This document shows, one piece after another, positions 39,044-48,286 of a DNA stretch of 64,000 bases. The DNA comes from a virus. Under the pieces are notes generated by a model, which saw only the letters and a list, made by a program, of their open reading frames with translations, did no database searches and had not been told where the DNA came from. The position numbers and the translations under genes are program-made. The stretch spans positions 6,391 to 70,390 of the IMG/VR virus record IMGVR_UViG_3300042691_009766. The stretch is one strand, 5' to 3'. Positions within the stretch are counted from its first letter, which is position 1, and each line of letters starts with the position of its first letter.

Positions 39044-40149
39044 TGGCTGAAGAAATTGAAAACGTAAACCCAGAACGTCGTGCAAAATATAAAGCCGAAA
39101 TGGAGGCTCGCCGTGCAAAAGTCGCAGCAGATACTGAGAGAGACCCAGAAAAACTAAAGCAATGGTATGAACTTATCGGTGAAAAAGCAGAAGACCCTGA
39201 TGCCGCACTTAGTGAATCTGCTCGTATTATTAAGAGTGAAGAAAAACTTAAAGCACCTAAACCAAAAGGATTTAGGGGAGGAGCCATCGATGAAGCCATT
39301 GATTTAGAAGAAGGAAAAACTGAAGGCGGAAGGACTAATGTATCTTCCAACAGAAATTTAGTCCCTCTAACCCCCTTAGGTCTAGCCGCTCACCGTCAAA
39401 TCTATGCGGTTGCTGAAGCAAATCATCAAGCAAAAATGGCTGGTAGAGAATCTGCAACTCCAGAAGAGGTTGAGCAGTATGGTAAAGAATGGGACAGTCT
39501 GCCAAAAGCAGAGCAATGGCAATGGCAACAAACCCCTCACGGTAAAAAAGCAACTAAAGAAGCGATTGCTGCGGCTCCTGCAAGAGTATCGACTGAACGT
39601 GCTATCTCAACTGTTAGAACACAGCGAACTAGAGATAAAGTCTCCACATTAGCATTAGGGTCTCAAGAGGCTGTAGATAGGTTTAAATCTACAGGTGAAC
39701 TATTAGATGAAAACCAGGAACAAGAAAGGGACTGGCGTAAACCATTCGCCTTAGCCAATGCAACTTCACAACTTGCATCAACTAAAACTGGTTTTCAAAG
39801 AGAAGGCATAGCATTACACACAGACCCTCAGCATCACCAAGCCCTTAGCGACCATATCGATGAATTAATGAGACGCCCAAGTGCAAGTGCCTCATCAAAT
39901 CTTCAAGGCGGTCAGTTTAATGTTAAAGAAGGTTTGGCTAATGCGGCTAAAGAATCTTTGGCACGTTCAGCAATGGCACACGCACTAGGTATGAAAGACC
40001 TTGCAATCAGCCATTTCAGACAAGCAGTCACACATGCAGGAAATTTGGCGGAAGCCGTTCATGACCGTAATAGTCAACCAATAGATGATTGGGATAAGCA
40101 AGACGGTATTCAATCTAAATACATTAAGTCTGTAAGTGGCGGTAAATAA
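39043..40149 (+). CDS. hypothetical protein (possible internal virion protein)
   Basis: TAATG coupling; A/E/K-rich helical. Confidence 0.7.
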   Translation: MAEEIENVNPERRAKYKAEMEARRAKVAADTERDPEKLKQWYELIGEKAEDPDAALSESARIIKSEEKLKAPKPKGFRGGAIDEAIDLEEGKTEGGRTNVSSNRNLVPLTPLGLAAHRQIYAVAEANHQAKMAGRESATPEEVEQYGKEWDSLPKAEQWQWQQTPHGKKATKEAIAAAPARVSTERAISTVRTQRTRDKVSTLALGSQEAVDRFKSTGELLDENQEQERDWRKPFALANATSQLASTKTGFQREGIALHTDPQHHQALSDHIDELMRRPSASASSNLQGGQFNVKEGLANAAKESLARSAMAHALGMKDLAISHFRQAVTHAGNLAEAVHDRNSQPIDDWDKQDGIQSKYIKSVSGGK

Positions 40150-40346
40150 TGGGTAAAGTCCCTAACAGAGCCAGCCAACGTGTAGGTCAGATTGATGTTA
40201 ATGCCGCCAGACTAAAAGCGGAGAGAGCAGCATTGAATGATTCAAGCGGCAAGTTTAAGACGGGGGCTCAAAAGAACCCTGGAACTAAACGTGCCAGAAC
40301 CCGTAGTGCGGCTAAAACTAGGGCAATCAGAGAGGACATGAATTAA
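40149..40346 (+). CDS. small basic protein (N-terminal VPNRAS)
   Basis: coupled ORF. Confidence 0.65.
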   Translation: MGKVPNRASQRVGQIDVNAARLKAERAALNDSSGKFKTGAQKNPGTKRARTRSAAKTRAIREDMN

Positions 40347-40546
40347 TGTTTGATGGCGATGGTCAGGAAACTTTAGAGTTACAGGCGTACAAGATAGCCC
40401 AAAATGCTACACTATATAAAGGGTCAGCACCATGCCCAACCTGTGGCGTGATTGTTAATCCTGTAGAGTTTATGTACAACAAGGGGTTGTGTTCTCCTTG
40501 TAAAGAAACTCGCAACAACAACCGCATTAAAGGAAAAATGGTATGA
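40346..40546 (+). CDS. small Zn-finger protein
   Basis: CPTCG...CSPC. Confidence 0.65.
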   Translation: MFDGDGQETLELQAYKIAQNATLYKGSAPCPTCGVIVNPVEFMYNKGLCSPCKETRNNNRIKGKMV

Positions 40547-40809
40547 CACAGTTTAATGACCGCAGACCAGGAACTGGTCCAAAAGATTTAACCAGTTTGG
40601 CTCAGGCTGCACAATCTTACCGAAAGTTGCGTGAAGCACAGGATGCAAAGGCGGCGGGTAATCCCCGTGCCCAGGGTGCAATTGATGACGCATTTGAAGA
40701 GTTATCGTTGATGCACGTTGACGAGAACACTGGTCAAGTAGATAGTGCTAGTCTTCAAAACACCCTTAAGTATTTTGATAGTCACTACAAAAAAGGCAAG
40801 AGCGTCTAA
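40543..40809 (+). CDS. hypothetical protein
   Basis: ATGA overlap. Confidence 0.65.
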   Translation: MTQFNDRRPGTGPKDLTSLAQAAQSYRKLREAQDAKAAGNPRAQGAIDDAFEELSLMHVDENTGQVDSASLQNTLKYFDSHYKKGKSV

Positions 40810-41132
40810 TGGAACCAGTACCTAATAGGGCGTCAAAACTTAACTCAAGTGGTTCATTAGAGGATTTGATTTCTAGTTATCAAGCAGCGAAAGATGCTGG
40901 ACGAGCAAAATATCAGGCAAGAAAAAACGATACTCGCAAGCCAGGACAAAAGCGTCACAAGCACGAGTTTGATGATGCTGGCGGAAGTATAAGCGGTCCT
41001 TGCGTGTTTGATGGTTGCAACGCCTATATCGAGCACAGCGTAGACGTTGACCCTAGTGGAAGAATTAACCGTTATGCGGAAGTGAAGCAAGCAAAATATA
41101 ACCCTGGCAGTCGCCCAGACTTAGGGTATTAA
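40809..41132 (+). CDS. hypothetical protein (N-terminal VPNRAS)
   Basis: coupled ORF; HKH...C...C. Confidence 0.65.
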   Translation: MEPVPNRASKLNSSGSLEDLISSYQAAKDAGRAKYQARKNDTRKPGQKRHKHEFDDAGGSISGPCVFDGCNAYIEHSVDVDPSGRINRYAEVKQAKYNPGSRPDLGY

Positions 41133-41143
41133 GGAAAGTAATC

Positions 41144-41356
41144 ATGGCAGTTAACACATCACGTTCAATGAACAAGAGCCTAAATGAAGGTTCAACAGAC
41201 GGTAAGTACCGTAAAGTACGCCCAGACACCGAAGTAGTAGATGTTATGGGTAACGAGAAGACTCTAGACAATCGTCAGAGCCTACACCCATTCTTTGGCT
41301 ATGGTTTCGTAACTAGCGAGTATCCAGCCGAATCTAAGGTTAACCCAGGAAAGTAA
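41144..41356 (+). CDS. hypothetical protein
   Basis: AAGGA RBS. Confidence 0.7.
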   Translation: MAVNTSRSMNKSLNEGSTDGKYRKVRPDTEVVDVMGNEKTLDNRQSLHPFFGYGFVTSEYPAESKVNPGK

Positions 41357-41358
41357 TC

Positions 41359-41571
41359 ATGCCAGAATCAGCATACGAAAGAGCACGCAGACACTCAGGC
41401 TCAAATGAGTGGGGTTATGGAGAGCAGTATAACGCTGTAGGTAAACTAAACCCACGAATGTCCTCTTGCCTTGATTGTGGGCGATATCATGAGCAAGAAG
41501 AATTAACTTTTAACGATAAAGCCGAAGATTATCTTTGCCCCACCTGCAATAGCAGAAGAGAATCAGAGTAG
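41359..41571 (+). CDS. small Zn-finger protein
   Basis: CLDCG...CPTC. Confidence 0.65.
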   Translation: MPESAYERARRHSGSNEWGYGEQYNAVGKLNPRMSSCLDCGRYHEQEELTFNDKAEDYLCPTCNSRRESE

Positions 41572-41604
41572 CATTAATTTACCAACACTAATAAGGAGCA
41601 TAAA

Positions 41605-42174
41605 TTGGCAGAAGAATTCAAACCCGTAATCGGGTCTAAACCTATTGAGGGTCCAATCATCAGACTATTAGTCTGTTTGGTCTGTGAAACTATTGAAGAG
41701 TTACCAGACTACGAAGGTCCAGTCCAGTATGACTATCTCCTAGAAATCTCCGTAGAGAAACATAAGTTTCCTTCAGGTGAAGAGCACAAGGGTCGCCTAT
41801 TCAAGGTTCCAGTTAAGTCATGGGCTAATGCCAAAGACAAGAAGGAAATCCTCGACCAGTTAAAGACTGGTGGTTCTGGAGGTCTAAATGAACTAGACCC
41901 AGACAGAAAGTTTTACGAAACCAAAATGACCTTTGCACAAGATGCAATGGATTGCTGGGAGCGACACAATCGTGTAACCCTAGATAAAGGGTGTGAAGAT
42001 TACGAATCTCCATCTAAACGCCTACTACCAGACACCGCTAAAGAGCGTGGCGAACTAGGACTACCTAAGCCAGAACATTTGGAAGGTCCAAAGGTTTACA
42101 CCTGCCATTTCTGCCCATATCACGGTCAAGTAGTTCAGCGTAGACGATTAATTGCTGGACTATATAATAAGTAG
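41605..42174 (+). CDS. Cys-motif hypothetical protein
   Basis: AAGGAG RBS, TTG start; CLVC, C..H, CHFCP. Confidence 0.7.
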   Translation: MAEEFKPVIGSKPIEGPIIRLLVCLVCETIEELPDYEGPVQYDYLLEISVEKHKFPSGEEHKGRLFKVPVKSWANAKDKKEILDQLKTGGSGGLNELDPDRKFYETKMTFAQDAMDCWERHNRVTLDKGCEDYESPSKRLLPDTAKERGELGLPKPEHLEGPKVYTCHFCPYHGQVVQRRRLIAGLYNK

Positions 42175-42182
42175 AGGATAAA

Positions 42183-42293
42183 ATGGCTAAAGCAAAAGGT
42201 GCACGCAACGATAAACGCAACAATGGTAAAGCGTCAAAGAAGCGTCCAAAAGTGTTCGATAAAGTTAAAAGAAAACTAGTTACTAAGGAGTAA
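42183..42293 (+). CDS. 36-aa basic peptide
   Basis: GAGGA RBS; MAKAKGARNDKRNNGKASKKRPK... Confidence 0.6.
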   Translation: MAKAKGARNDKRNNGKASKKRPKVFDKVKRKLVTKE

Positions 42294-42295
42294 TA

Positions 42296-42589
42296 ATGGC
42301 AGTAGAAACCTATTTCCTAATCACCGTTAACGAGGATGGCACACTAACCTCCTACACTGAAATTCCAGAGGAATTGCCAGAGTCCAAGCGTGTCGCATCT
42401 AACTGGGATGTGTATAACACCGCAAAGCAGATTGTAGAAGAGTTTGACCGTCAGATTTTGGTTGACAGAGTTCTACAGGGCGTAGCAGCGTTGTTAACGC
42501 CTGTTGAGGCACCAAAGCCTTCAGGCAAAGTAAAGGACGCCCTAAAAGAGCGTGGCATTGACCCTGAAAGTACAGCCGTAGCCGAATAA
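42296..42589 (+). CDS. hypothetical protein
   Basis: AAGGAG RBS. Confidence 0.7.
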   Translation: MAVETYFLITVNEDGTLTSYTEIPEELPESKRVASNWDVYNTAKQIVEEFDRQILVDRVLQGVAALLTPVEAPKPSGKVKDALKERGIDPESTAVAE

Positions 42590-42601
42590 ACTAGTACCAT
42601 G
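42587..42601 (+). promoter_or_regulatory. leaderless promoter -10 (TAAACT-N6-ATG)
   Basis: TANNNT 6 nt before ATG with no SD. Confidence 0.55.
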
Positions 42602-43504
42602 AGTATTTCTGGTGCTGGTAATCCTACCTCGTATTTTAGTGAACCTAATACAGAGTTAGACCCTACCTTATTTCAAGGTAGGCAACTTCGTGAGTGGGTG
42701 CGTACAGGCATTGTTAGCCTGTTGCAAGACTATTTGCACCAAAAGTATCGTCACGCTGAATTATGGGCACACCCATGGTTAGCAGGTAGTGGTGTTTCGT
42801 TTCAATGGTCAGCCGCAAGACAGCCAGGAGACTTGGATTGTTTAGTTGGCGTAAACTTTAACCAGTTCCGTCAAGCCAACCCTGAGTACAGAGCACTAAC
42901 CGATAGACAGATTTCAGCAACTCTAAACGAAGGTTTTAGAGCAGACCTCCAGCCTAAAACGGAGAACTGGAATGGTTATGAGTTAACATTTTACGTCAAC
43001 ACCACAGGCACGGACATTAAAAACATAAAGCCGTATGCGGCGTATGATTTAAAATATAACGAGTGGACTGTAACTCCTGACCCAACACAAACACCGCCAA
43101 ACAAGCCTGAGTGGGAATCGGTAGTTTCAAGTGATTTTAATTTGACGAATCAAATTCATACAAGGTTCAACGCAGCCCTACAAGACCTACAGGACACCCG
43201 TAATGGGGCATCTCAGCGTAATGCTGAAGCCAGATTGAACGCAGCCGCACAGCAAGGAGTAGCCCTTTTTGACGAGATACACGAAAACCGTAGCCAAGCA
43301 TTTTCGCCTACAGGTGAGGGGTATTTGGATTTCAATAACTATCGCTGGCAAGCAGGTAAGCGTATGGGGACGATAGATAAACTGCGTGCCATACGGAAGT
43401 ATTACGGAGATATGAATAAGACCAGACAGGCGGCAACCTACGGAGTAGAGTTACCTGATGTGGACACACTTATTCGCAGAGCAACCCTATACAGGAACCA
43501 GTAA
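42599..43504 (+). CDS. Pol-beta-superfamily nucleotidyltransferase
   Basis: LAGS-x12-GDLDCLV (hG[GS]...DhD) plus later ELTFY strand. Confidence 0.75.
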   Translation: MSISGAGNPTSYFSEPNTELDPTLFQGRQLREWVRTGIVSLLQDYLHQKYRHAELWAHPWLAGSGVSFQWSAARQPGDLDCLVGVNFNQFRQANPEYRALTDRQISATLNEGFRADLQPKTENWNGYELTFYVNTTGTDIKNIKPYAAYDLKYNEWTVTPDPTQTPPNKPEWESVVSSDFNLTNQIHTRFNAALQDLQDTRNGASQRNAEARLNAAAQQGVALFDEIHENRSQAFSPTGEGYLDFNNYRWQAGKRMGTIDKLRAIRKYYGDMNKTRQAATYGVELPDVDTLIRRATLYRNQ

Positions 43505-43602
43505 TGTCGTTAACAGATACCTGTCGCATGTGTGGTCATGACCTCTACCAAGAAATGTGTGTAGTAGATGATTGTAAGTGTGATTGTCTAGCGGAGGATT
43601 AA
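43504..43602 (+). CDS. 32-aa Cys-rich peptide
   Basis: MSLTDTCRMCGHDLYQEMCVVDDCKCDCLAED; TAATG coupling. Confidence 0.55.
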   Translation: MSLTDTCRMCGHDLYQEMCVVDDCKCDCLAED

Positions 43603-43607
43603 AGTAG

Positions 43608-44093
43608 ATGCAAATACTCGTAGAACTAGAAGGCGTACTAAGAGGACAAAAAGATGAGCCAATTGCCACGGGCATCATTCTCACAGCCCAATTAGCAGCC
43701 CATAATCAAATCATTTTTATGACGGAGTTATCCCAAGCCGAAGCAGAGCAGTGGATTAACGTCAATAAAGTCGTTGATTACGACATGTTAGTAGACGCCA
43801 ACCTATCTCTGGTAGATGAGCCATTAAAGCATCGTCAGTTAAAGTACGCTCGTGCTAGAGGCAGTGTTGATTTAGTAATCACCAATGACCCATCATTTTG
43901 GGCGTATGCGTTTGACCAAGGCATTACCTGCATGATGTTTGGTGTCCCATCCTATACCCGCCCAGAGTTTCGCCCAGATGCCCCTAAAAAAGTCAGGGCA
44001 TGGAGTGAGATTGAGTTAGCCGTTGCTAAACAAAACGAGTTGCGTACAACAGATAAGCGTTTAACACGCACTGAAGGCACAAGGTTTGAATGA
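43608..44093 (+). CDS. HAD-like fold protein (degenerate motif I)
   Basis: ILVELEGVL resembles hhhDhDGVL; GGAGG RBS. Confidence 0.55.
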   Translation: MQILVELEGVLRGQKDEPIATGIILTAQLAAHNQIIFMTELSQAEAEQWINVNKVVDYDMLVDANLSLVDEPLKHRQLKYARARGSVDLVITNDPSFWAYAFDQGITCMMFGVPSYTRPEFRPDAPKKVRAWSEIELAVAKQNELRTTDKRLTRTEGTRFE

Positions 44094-45580
44094 TAATTTT
44101 TGGCGGAGTTGAGATACCTTCCAACAGAACACTATTGGAACGGTCAGGCGTAACAAATGTAATGTTGAATTACTGGGGGTTACGTAAGCGTGGATTGCCC
44201 AAGACTAAACCCTATTTGATAGGCGAGCATTTCCTTCCTGAGACTAAAGTATGGGTGGATTCAGGTGCAACTCAGGCAGACAAATCAAACCTGTCTAAAG
44301 TCGAATTAGAGGAATATGCCGCTGATTATGAGGAGTTTATTTCCCTAAATTATGACCGCATTGAAGGCTGGACAGAGTTTGATAGTCAGGTCATGGGGTT
44401 TGACTGGATTTTGAAACAGCGGGATGCGTTTGAAAATGACCCGAAATTATGGGTAGTTTGGCACAGCAAGTATAAGACCAACCTGTTGCAGTATTGGTCT
44501 GCCCAGTATCAAAACATAGCCATACCCCACGAATCTATAGAGGCAACCGTTAATTTAGCCACTATTACCAGAAATTTACGGAGGTCTAATGGAGTTCAAT
44601 TCCATGCGTTAGCAACAGCAAAACCAGACAATCTCCGACAAATCCCTTTTGCTACCGCAAGCACGCTGGCATGGTTAAGCCCAATGAGAAGAGGCGAGAC
44701 AATCATTTGGGATGGCAGTAAACTGGTTAGGTATCCTAAAAAGATGAAAGACCAAGCACGGCTACGATACAAGGCAACTGTTGAACGTGCAGGATTAAAT
44801 TTTCAGAAGTTCGTTTCAGACGACACCTTGGAAGCAACTAGGGTTGCAATATGGTCGTATTTACAGTTAGAGGCAAATGTGGACAAAGATAAGCCAGACC
44901 TAAGAGTTATTCAAGGCGGTCAAAAAGACCCGTTAATAGCAGATAACAATGACGACACCCTATATACGGGTTTGATGGAATTAGGGGGGGTAGGTTCTGA
45001 TAACAGTGCATTAGAAATGCGGAAAGAAGTTGTGCAGAGAGACCCTCAAGAAATGACCGCAATGCCCGTTTTTGGGTATGAAATGAAGACCATAGTGGAG
45101 AACCAAGATGGTCGAGATGTGTTAAAACAAGTTTCAGTTGTACAGACCAATACAAGTAGTTTGAGACAATGCGACACCTGTTTTGTTGCATCAAATTGTC
45201 CTGCATTTAAGCCTCAAAATACATGTGCGTTTAACCTTCCAGTAGAGGTAAAAACTCCAGAACAATTGAAGGCGTTGAACACCGCAATGTTAGAGATGCA
45301 AGCCCAACGAGTAGCATTTATGCGGTTTGCAGAGGAAGCCAATGGTGGTTATGCTGACCCTAACCTGTCTCAAGAGATGGACAGATACTTCAAGATGTTG
45401 GAGAAGTTAAAGGCGTTAGACGAGAACAAAGAGTTTATTCAAATTACCGCTCAACGAGCAGCGTCACAGGGTGTATTAAGTGCTATCTTTGGTGACCGAG
45501 TGGCAGCCGCAAAGGAGATTCAACCTGTAATCTCCGAAGAGCAAACCACTATGATTATCAAGAACCAGATAGAAGACTAA
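44090..45580 (+). CDS. TGT/DpdA-like barrel protein with C-terminal Cys cluster
   Basis: VWVDSGA, FHALAT, ASTLAW..PMR.G; CDTC..NCP...C. Confidence 0.5.
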   Translation: MIIFGGVEIPSNRTLLERSGVTNVMLNYWGLRKRGLPKTKPYLIGEHFLPETKVWVDSGATQADKSNLSKVELEEYAADYEEFISLNYDRIEGWTEFDSQVMGFDWILKQRDAFENDPKLWVVWHSKYKTNLLQYWSAQYQNIAIPHESIEATVNLATITRNLRRSNGVQFHALATAKPDNLRQIPFATASTLAWLSPMRRGETIIWDGSKLVRYPKKMKDQARLRYKATVERAGLNFQKFVSDDTLEATRVAIWSYLQLEANVDKDKPDLRVIQGGQKDPLIADNNDDTLYTGLMELGGVGSDNSALEMRKEVVQRDPQEMTAMPVFGYEMKTIVENQDGRDVLKQVSVVQTNTSSLRQCDTCFVASNCPAFKPQNTCAFNLPVEVKTPEQLKALNTAMLEMQAQRVAFMRFAEEANGGYADPNLSQEMDRYFKMLEKLKALDENKEFIQITAQRAASQGVLSAIFGDRVAAAKEIQPVISEEQTTMIIKNQIED

Positions 45581-45734
45581 TAGCAGATAACATCTGGTAA
45601 GAATAGTTGGAACGCTATTCCCCCTAAAATTTATCAAAATTTGCAAAGTTAGTAGAAGGTCATTAGACTATTCTGCGAGACAATAGAACTCCCTCAATCG
45701 AGGGGTATTTACTAAAAACAGAAAATGGTGGCTT

Positions 45735-47774
45735 ATGGTTAACTTCTCCTTCAAACTTGCGGAAGACTTTATCGCAGGATACAAGAACAAGAAAGCCCCA
45801 TTCGGTTACGCAGATGTTGCAGGAAACTCCGTTGGTGAGATTACATTCCTCCGCACATACTCTCGCCTCAAAGAAGACGGCACTAAGGAAACTTGGGCTG
45901 AAGTATGTGAGCGTGTAATCAATGGGATGTATTCTTTACAAAAAGATTGGGCTAAGGTTTCACGCTTACCTTGGTCAGATGCAAAAGCAGCGGCTTCGGC
46001 TAAAGAAGCGTATGACCGCTTATTCAACCTAAAGTGGACCCCGCCTGGGCGTGGGCTTTGGGTAATGGGAACTGAGATTGTAAATGTCCAAAAGAACTCA
46101 GCGGCTTTACAGAACTGTGCCTTTGTTTCTACTTTAGAAATGACTAAAAACAATCCCGCTAAACCTTTCGGCTTTCTTATGGAGGCTTCCATGCTAGGCG
46201 TAGGAGTTGGCTTTGACGACAAGGGTGCTGATAAAGGCTTTGAAATCTATGAGCCGCAAGGAACTCAAGCCTATGTTATTCCAGATACTCGTGAAGGCTG
46301 GCAGGAAAGCACCTCTGCTTTGATTAACTCTTACTTGAAGCCAGAACAATCTGCTTTGGTTTTTGACTATTCTGCTATTCGTCCTTATGGAGCCCCTATC
46401 GCTACTTTTGGCGGTACTGCTTCTGGACCAGAACCTCTTGTAAGGCTTCATAAACAACTCTTCAAGATGTTCTCTGGTCGTAAAGGCGAGACGCTCACTC
46501 GTAAAGACATTGCAGACATTGGAAACCTGATTGGCGTGTGTGTTGTCTCTGGGAATGTGAGACGCTCTGCCGAACTTCTTATTGGTCGAATTGACGATGA
46601 AGACTTCTTGAACTTGAAGAACGCTGAACGCTTCCCTGAAAGAAACTCTTATGACCCTGAAGCCCCAGGATGGGCTTGGATGTCTAACAACTCTGTTGAA
46701 GTTGCTGTTGGAACTGACTTCTCTCCTATCGTAGATGGAATTGTCCGTAACGGAGAGCCTGGGGTTATCTGGATGGACACCTCTAGGGCTTATGGACGGC
46801 TTGTAGATGCTCCAAACAACAAAGACCACCGCATTATGGGCTACAACCCTTGTGCCGAACAATCTTTGGAGTCTTTTGAAATGTGTACGCTTGTAGAAAC
46901 CTACTTGAATAGGCACGACTCTTTGGAAGACTTCAAGAGGACTTTGAAGTTTGCTTATCTTTACGCCAAAACAGTTACTCTTCTTCCTACTCACTGGGAA
47001 GAAACTAACTCCATCATGCAAAGAAACCGCAGAATAGGTACTTCTATTTCTGGCGTTGCCAACTTTGCGGATAACAAGGGGCATCATGTGCTTCGTCAAT
47101 GGATGGATGAAGGCTACAAAGTTGTTCAAGGCTACGACAAGACCTACTCTGAGTGGCTTGGTATTCGTGAAAGCATCAAGACCACTACTGTAAAGCCTTC
47201 TGGAACTGTATCTATCTTGGCTGGTGAAAGCCCAGGAGTTCACTGGACTTCTGGCGGAAAGTTCTTCTTGCGAGCCATCCGCTTTGGAAACAATGACCCT
47301 ATGCTTCCTCTTTTCAAAATGGCTAACTATCGCATTGAACCTGCTTCTGAAAGCCCAGACACTACTTCGGTTGTCTTCTTTCCTATCAAGACTGACGCAA
47401 AGCGTTCTGAAAAAGATGTCTCCATCTTTGAAAAAATGGCTTTGGCTTCTACTGCTCAACGCTACTGGAGTGATAACTCGGTCTCCTGTACAATCACCTT
47501 CAACACAAACACTGAGGCTAAAGATGTCGGAACTGTCCTTCACCTCTACGATGGGCAGTTGAAGACGGCTTCGTTCTTGCCGATGGGGAATGATACTTAC
47601 CCTCAAATGCCGTACACGCAAATCAGCGAAGAGGACTACGAGGCTTATGGTCATAAACTATTTCCGATTGACTTTACGGGAGTGTATGCGGGGATGGCTT
47701 CTGATGCCATTGGGGAAGCGTATTGCACGACTGATGCTTGTGAAATCAAACTAATCACAGACAATAGCAAGTAA
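45735..47774 (+). CDS. nrdJ: class II (adenosylcobalamin-dependent) ribonucleotide reductase
   Basis: TFLRTYSR, PPGRGLW, NCAF, GNVRRSA, NPCAEQ, TTVKPSGTVS, C-terminal CTTDAC. Confidence 0.93.
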   Translation: MVNFSFKLAEDFIAGYKNKKAPFGYADVAGNSVGEITFLRTYSRLKEDGTKETWAEVCERVINGMYSLQKDWAKVSRLPWSDAKAAASAKEAYDRLFNLKWTPPGRGLWVMGTEIVNVQKNSAALQNCAFVSTLEMTKNNPAKPFGFLMEASMLGVGVGFDDKGADKGFEIYEPQGTQAYVIPDTREGWQESTSALINSYLKPEQSALVFDYSAIRPYGAPIATFGGTASGPEPLVRLHKQLFKMFSGRKGETLTRKDIADIGNLIGVCVVSGNVRRSAELLIGRIDDEDFLNLKNAERFPERNSYDPEAPGWAWMSNNSVEVAVGTDFSPIVDGIVRNGEPGVIWMDTSRAYGRLVDAPNNKDHRIMGYNPCAEQSLESFEMCTLVETYLNRHDSLEDFKRTLKFAYLYAKTVTLLPTHWEETNSIMQRNRRIGTSISGVANFADNKGHHVLRQWMDEGYKVVQGYDKTYSEWLGIRESIKTTTVKPSGTVSILAGESPGVHWTSGGKFFLRAIRFGNNDPMLPLFKMANYRIEPASESPDTTSVVFFPIKTDAKRSEKDVSIFEKMALASTAQRYWSDNSVSCTITFNTNTEAKDVGTVLHLYDGQLKTASFLPMGNDTYPQMPYTQISEEDYEAYGHKLFPIDFTGVYAGMASDAIGEAYCTTDACEIKLITDNSK

Positions 47775-47782
47775 AGACAGGT

Positions 47783-47820
47783 AAAAGAAAACCCCCAGTT
47801 TCGGCTGGGGGTTCTCCTTT
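47783..47820. terminator. bidirectional intrinsic terminator
   Basis: AACCCCCAG-tttcgg-CTGGGGGTT between convergent nrdJ and whiB. Confidence 0.8.
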
Positions 47821-47821
47821 A

Positions 47822-48154
47822 CTAATCCTTTAGGATGGTGTTCTCATCTGTAAGTTGTACGAGAGTTTTTTGACCGCCACTCTCAACAAGAGCCTTGAGA
47901 AACTCTGCTTTTCTGCTTGGGTGCTTACGGAGGTAGATGCGTTCTTTCATCGTAGTTCCGCCCCAGATACCCCACTCATCATTTCTGATGGCATAGTTCA
48001 GGCAGGTCTCTAACAAAGGACATCTGGAACAGATGGTTTTGGCTTGTCTTGTAATCTTCATCCAGTCTTTACCCTCAGGCATAAAGATGTCTGGGTCTTC
48101 ACCGAAACAGATTGCTTTCTCGGTATCAAATAATGGCTCTTTTTCTTTTGCCAT
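47822..48154 (-). CDS. whiB: WhiB-family transcription factor (second copy)
   Basis: C.GEDPDIF, AKTICSRCPL..TCL, WGIWGGTT..ER. Confidence 0.92.
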   Translation of the reverse strand: MAKEKEPLFDTEKAICFGEDPDIFMPEGKDWMKITRQAKTICSRCPLLETCLNYAIRNDEWGIWGGTTMKERIYLRKHPSRKAEFLKALVESGGQKTLVQLTDENTILKD

Positions 48155-48286
48155 GGCTATCTTCCTCTCTTGTATTCTTTGATTGCTTGCCTGATACGAG
48201 GCTTGATAAACCCGTACCAACGATTTTGCATGACCATCTTGTATTCACCTAATGGATAGCGGAGTAAATGCCACTCCGCCCTATGC

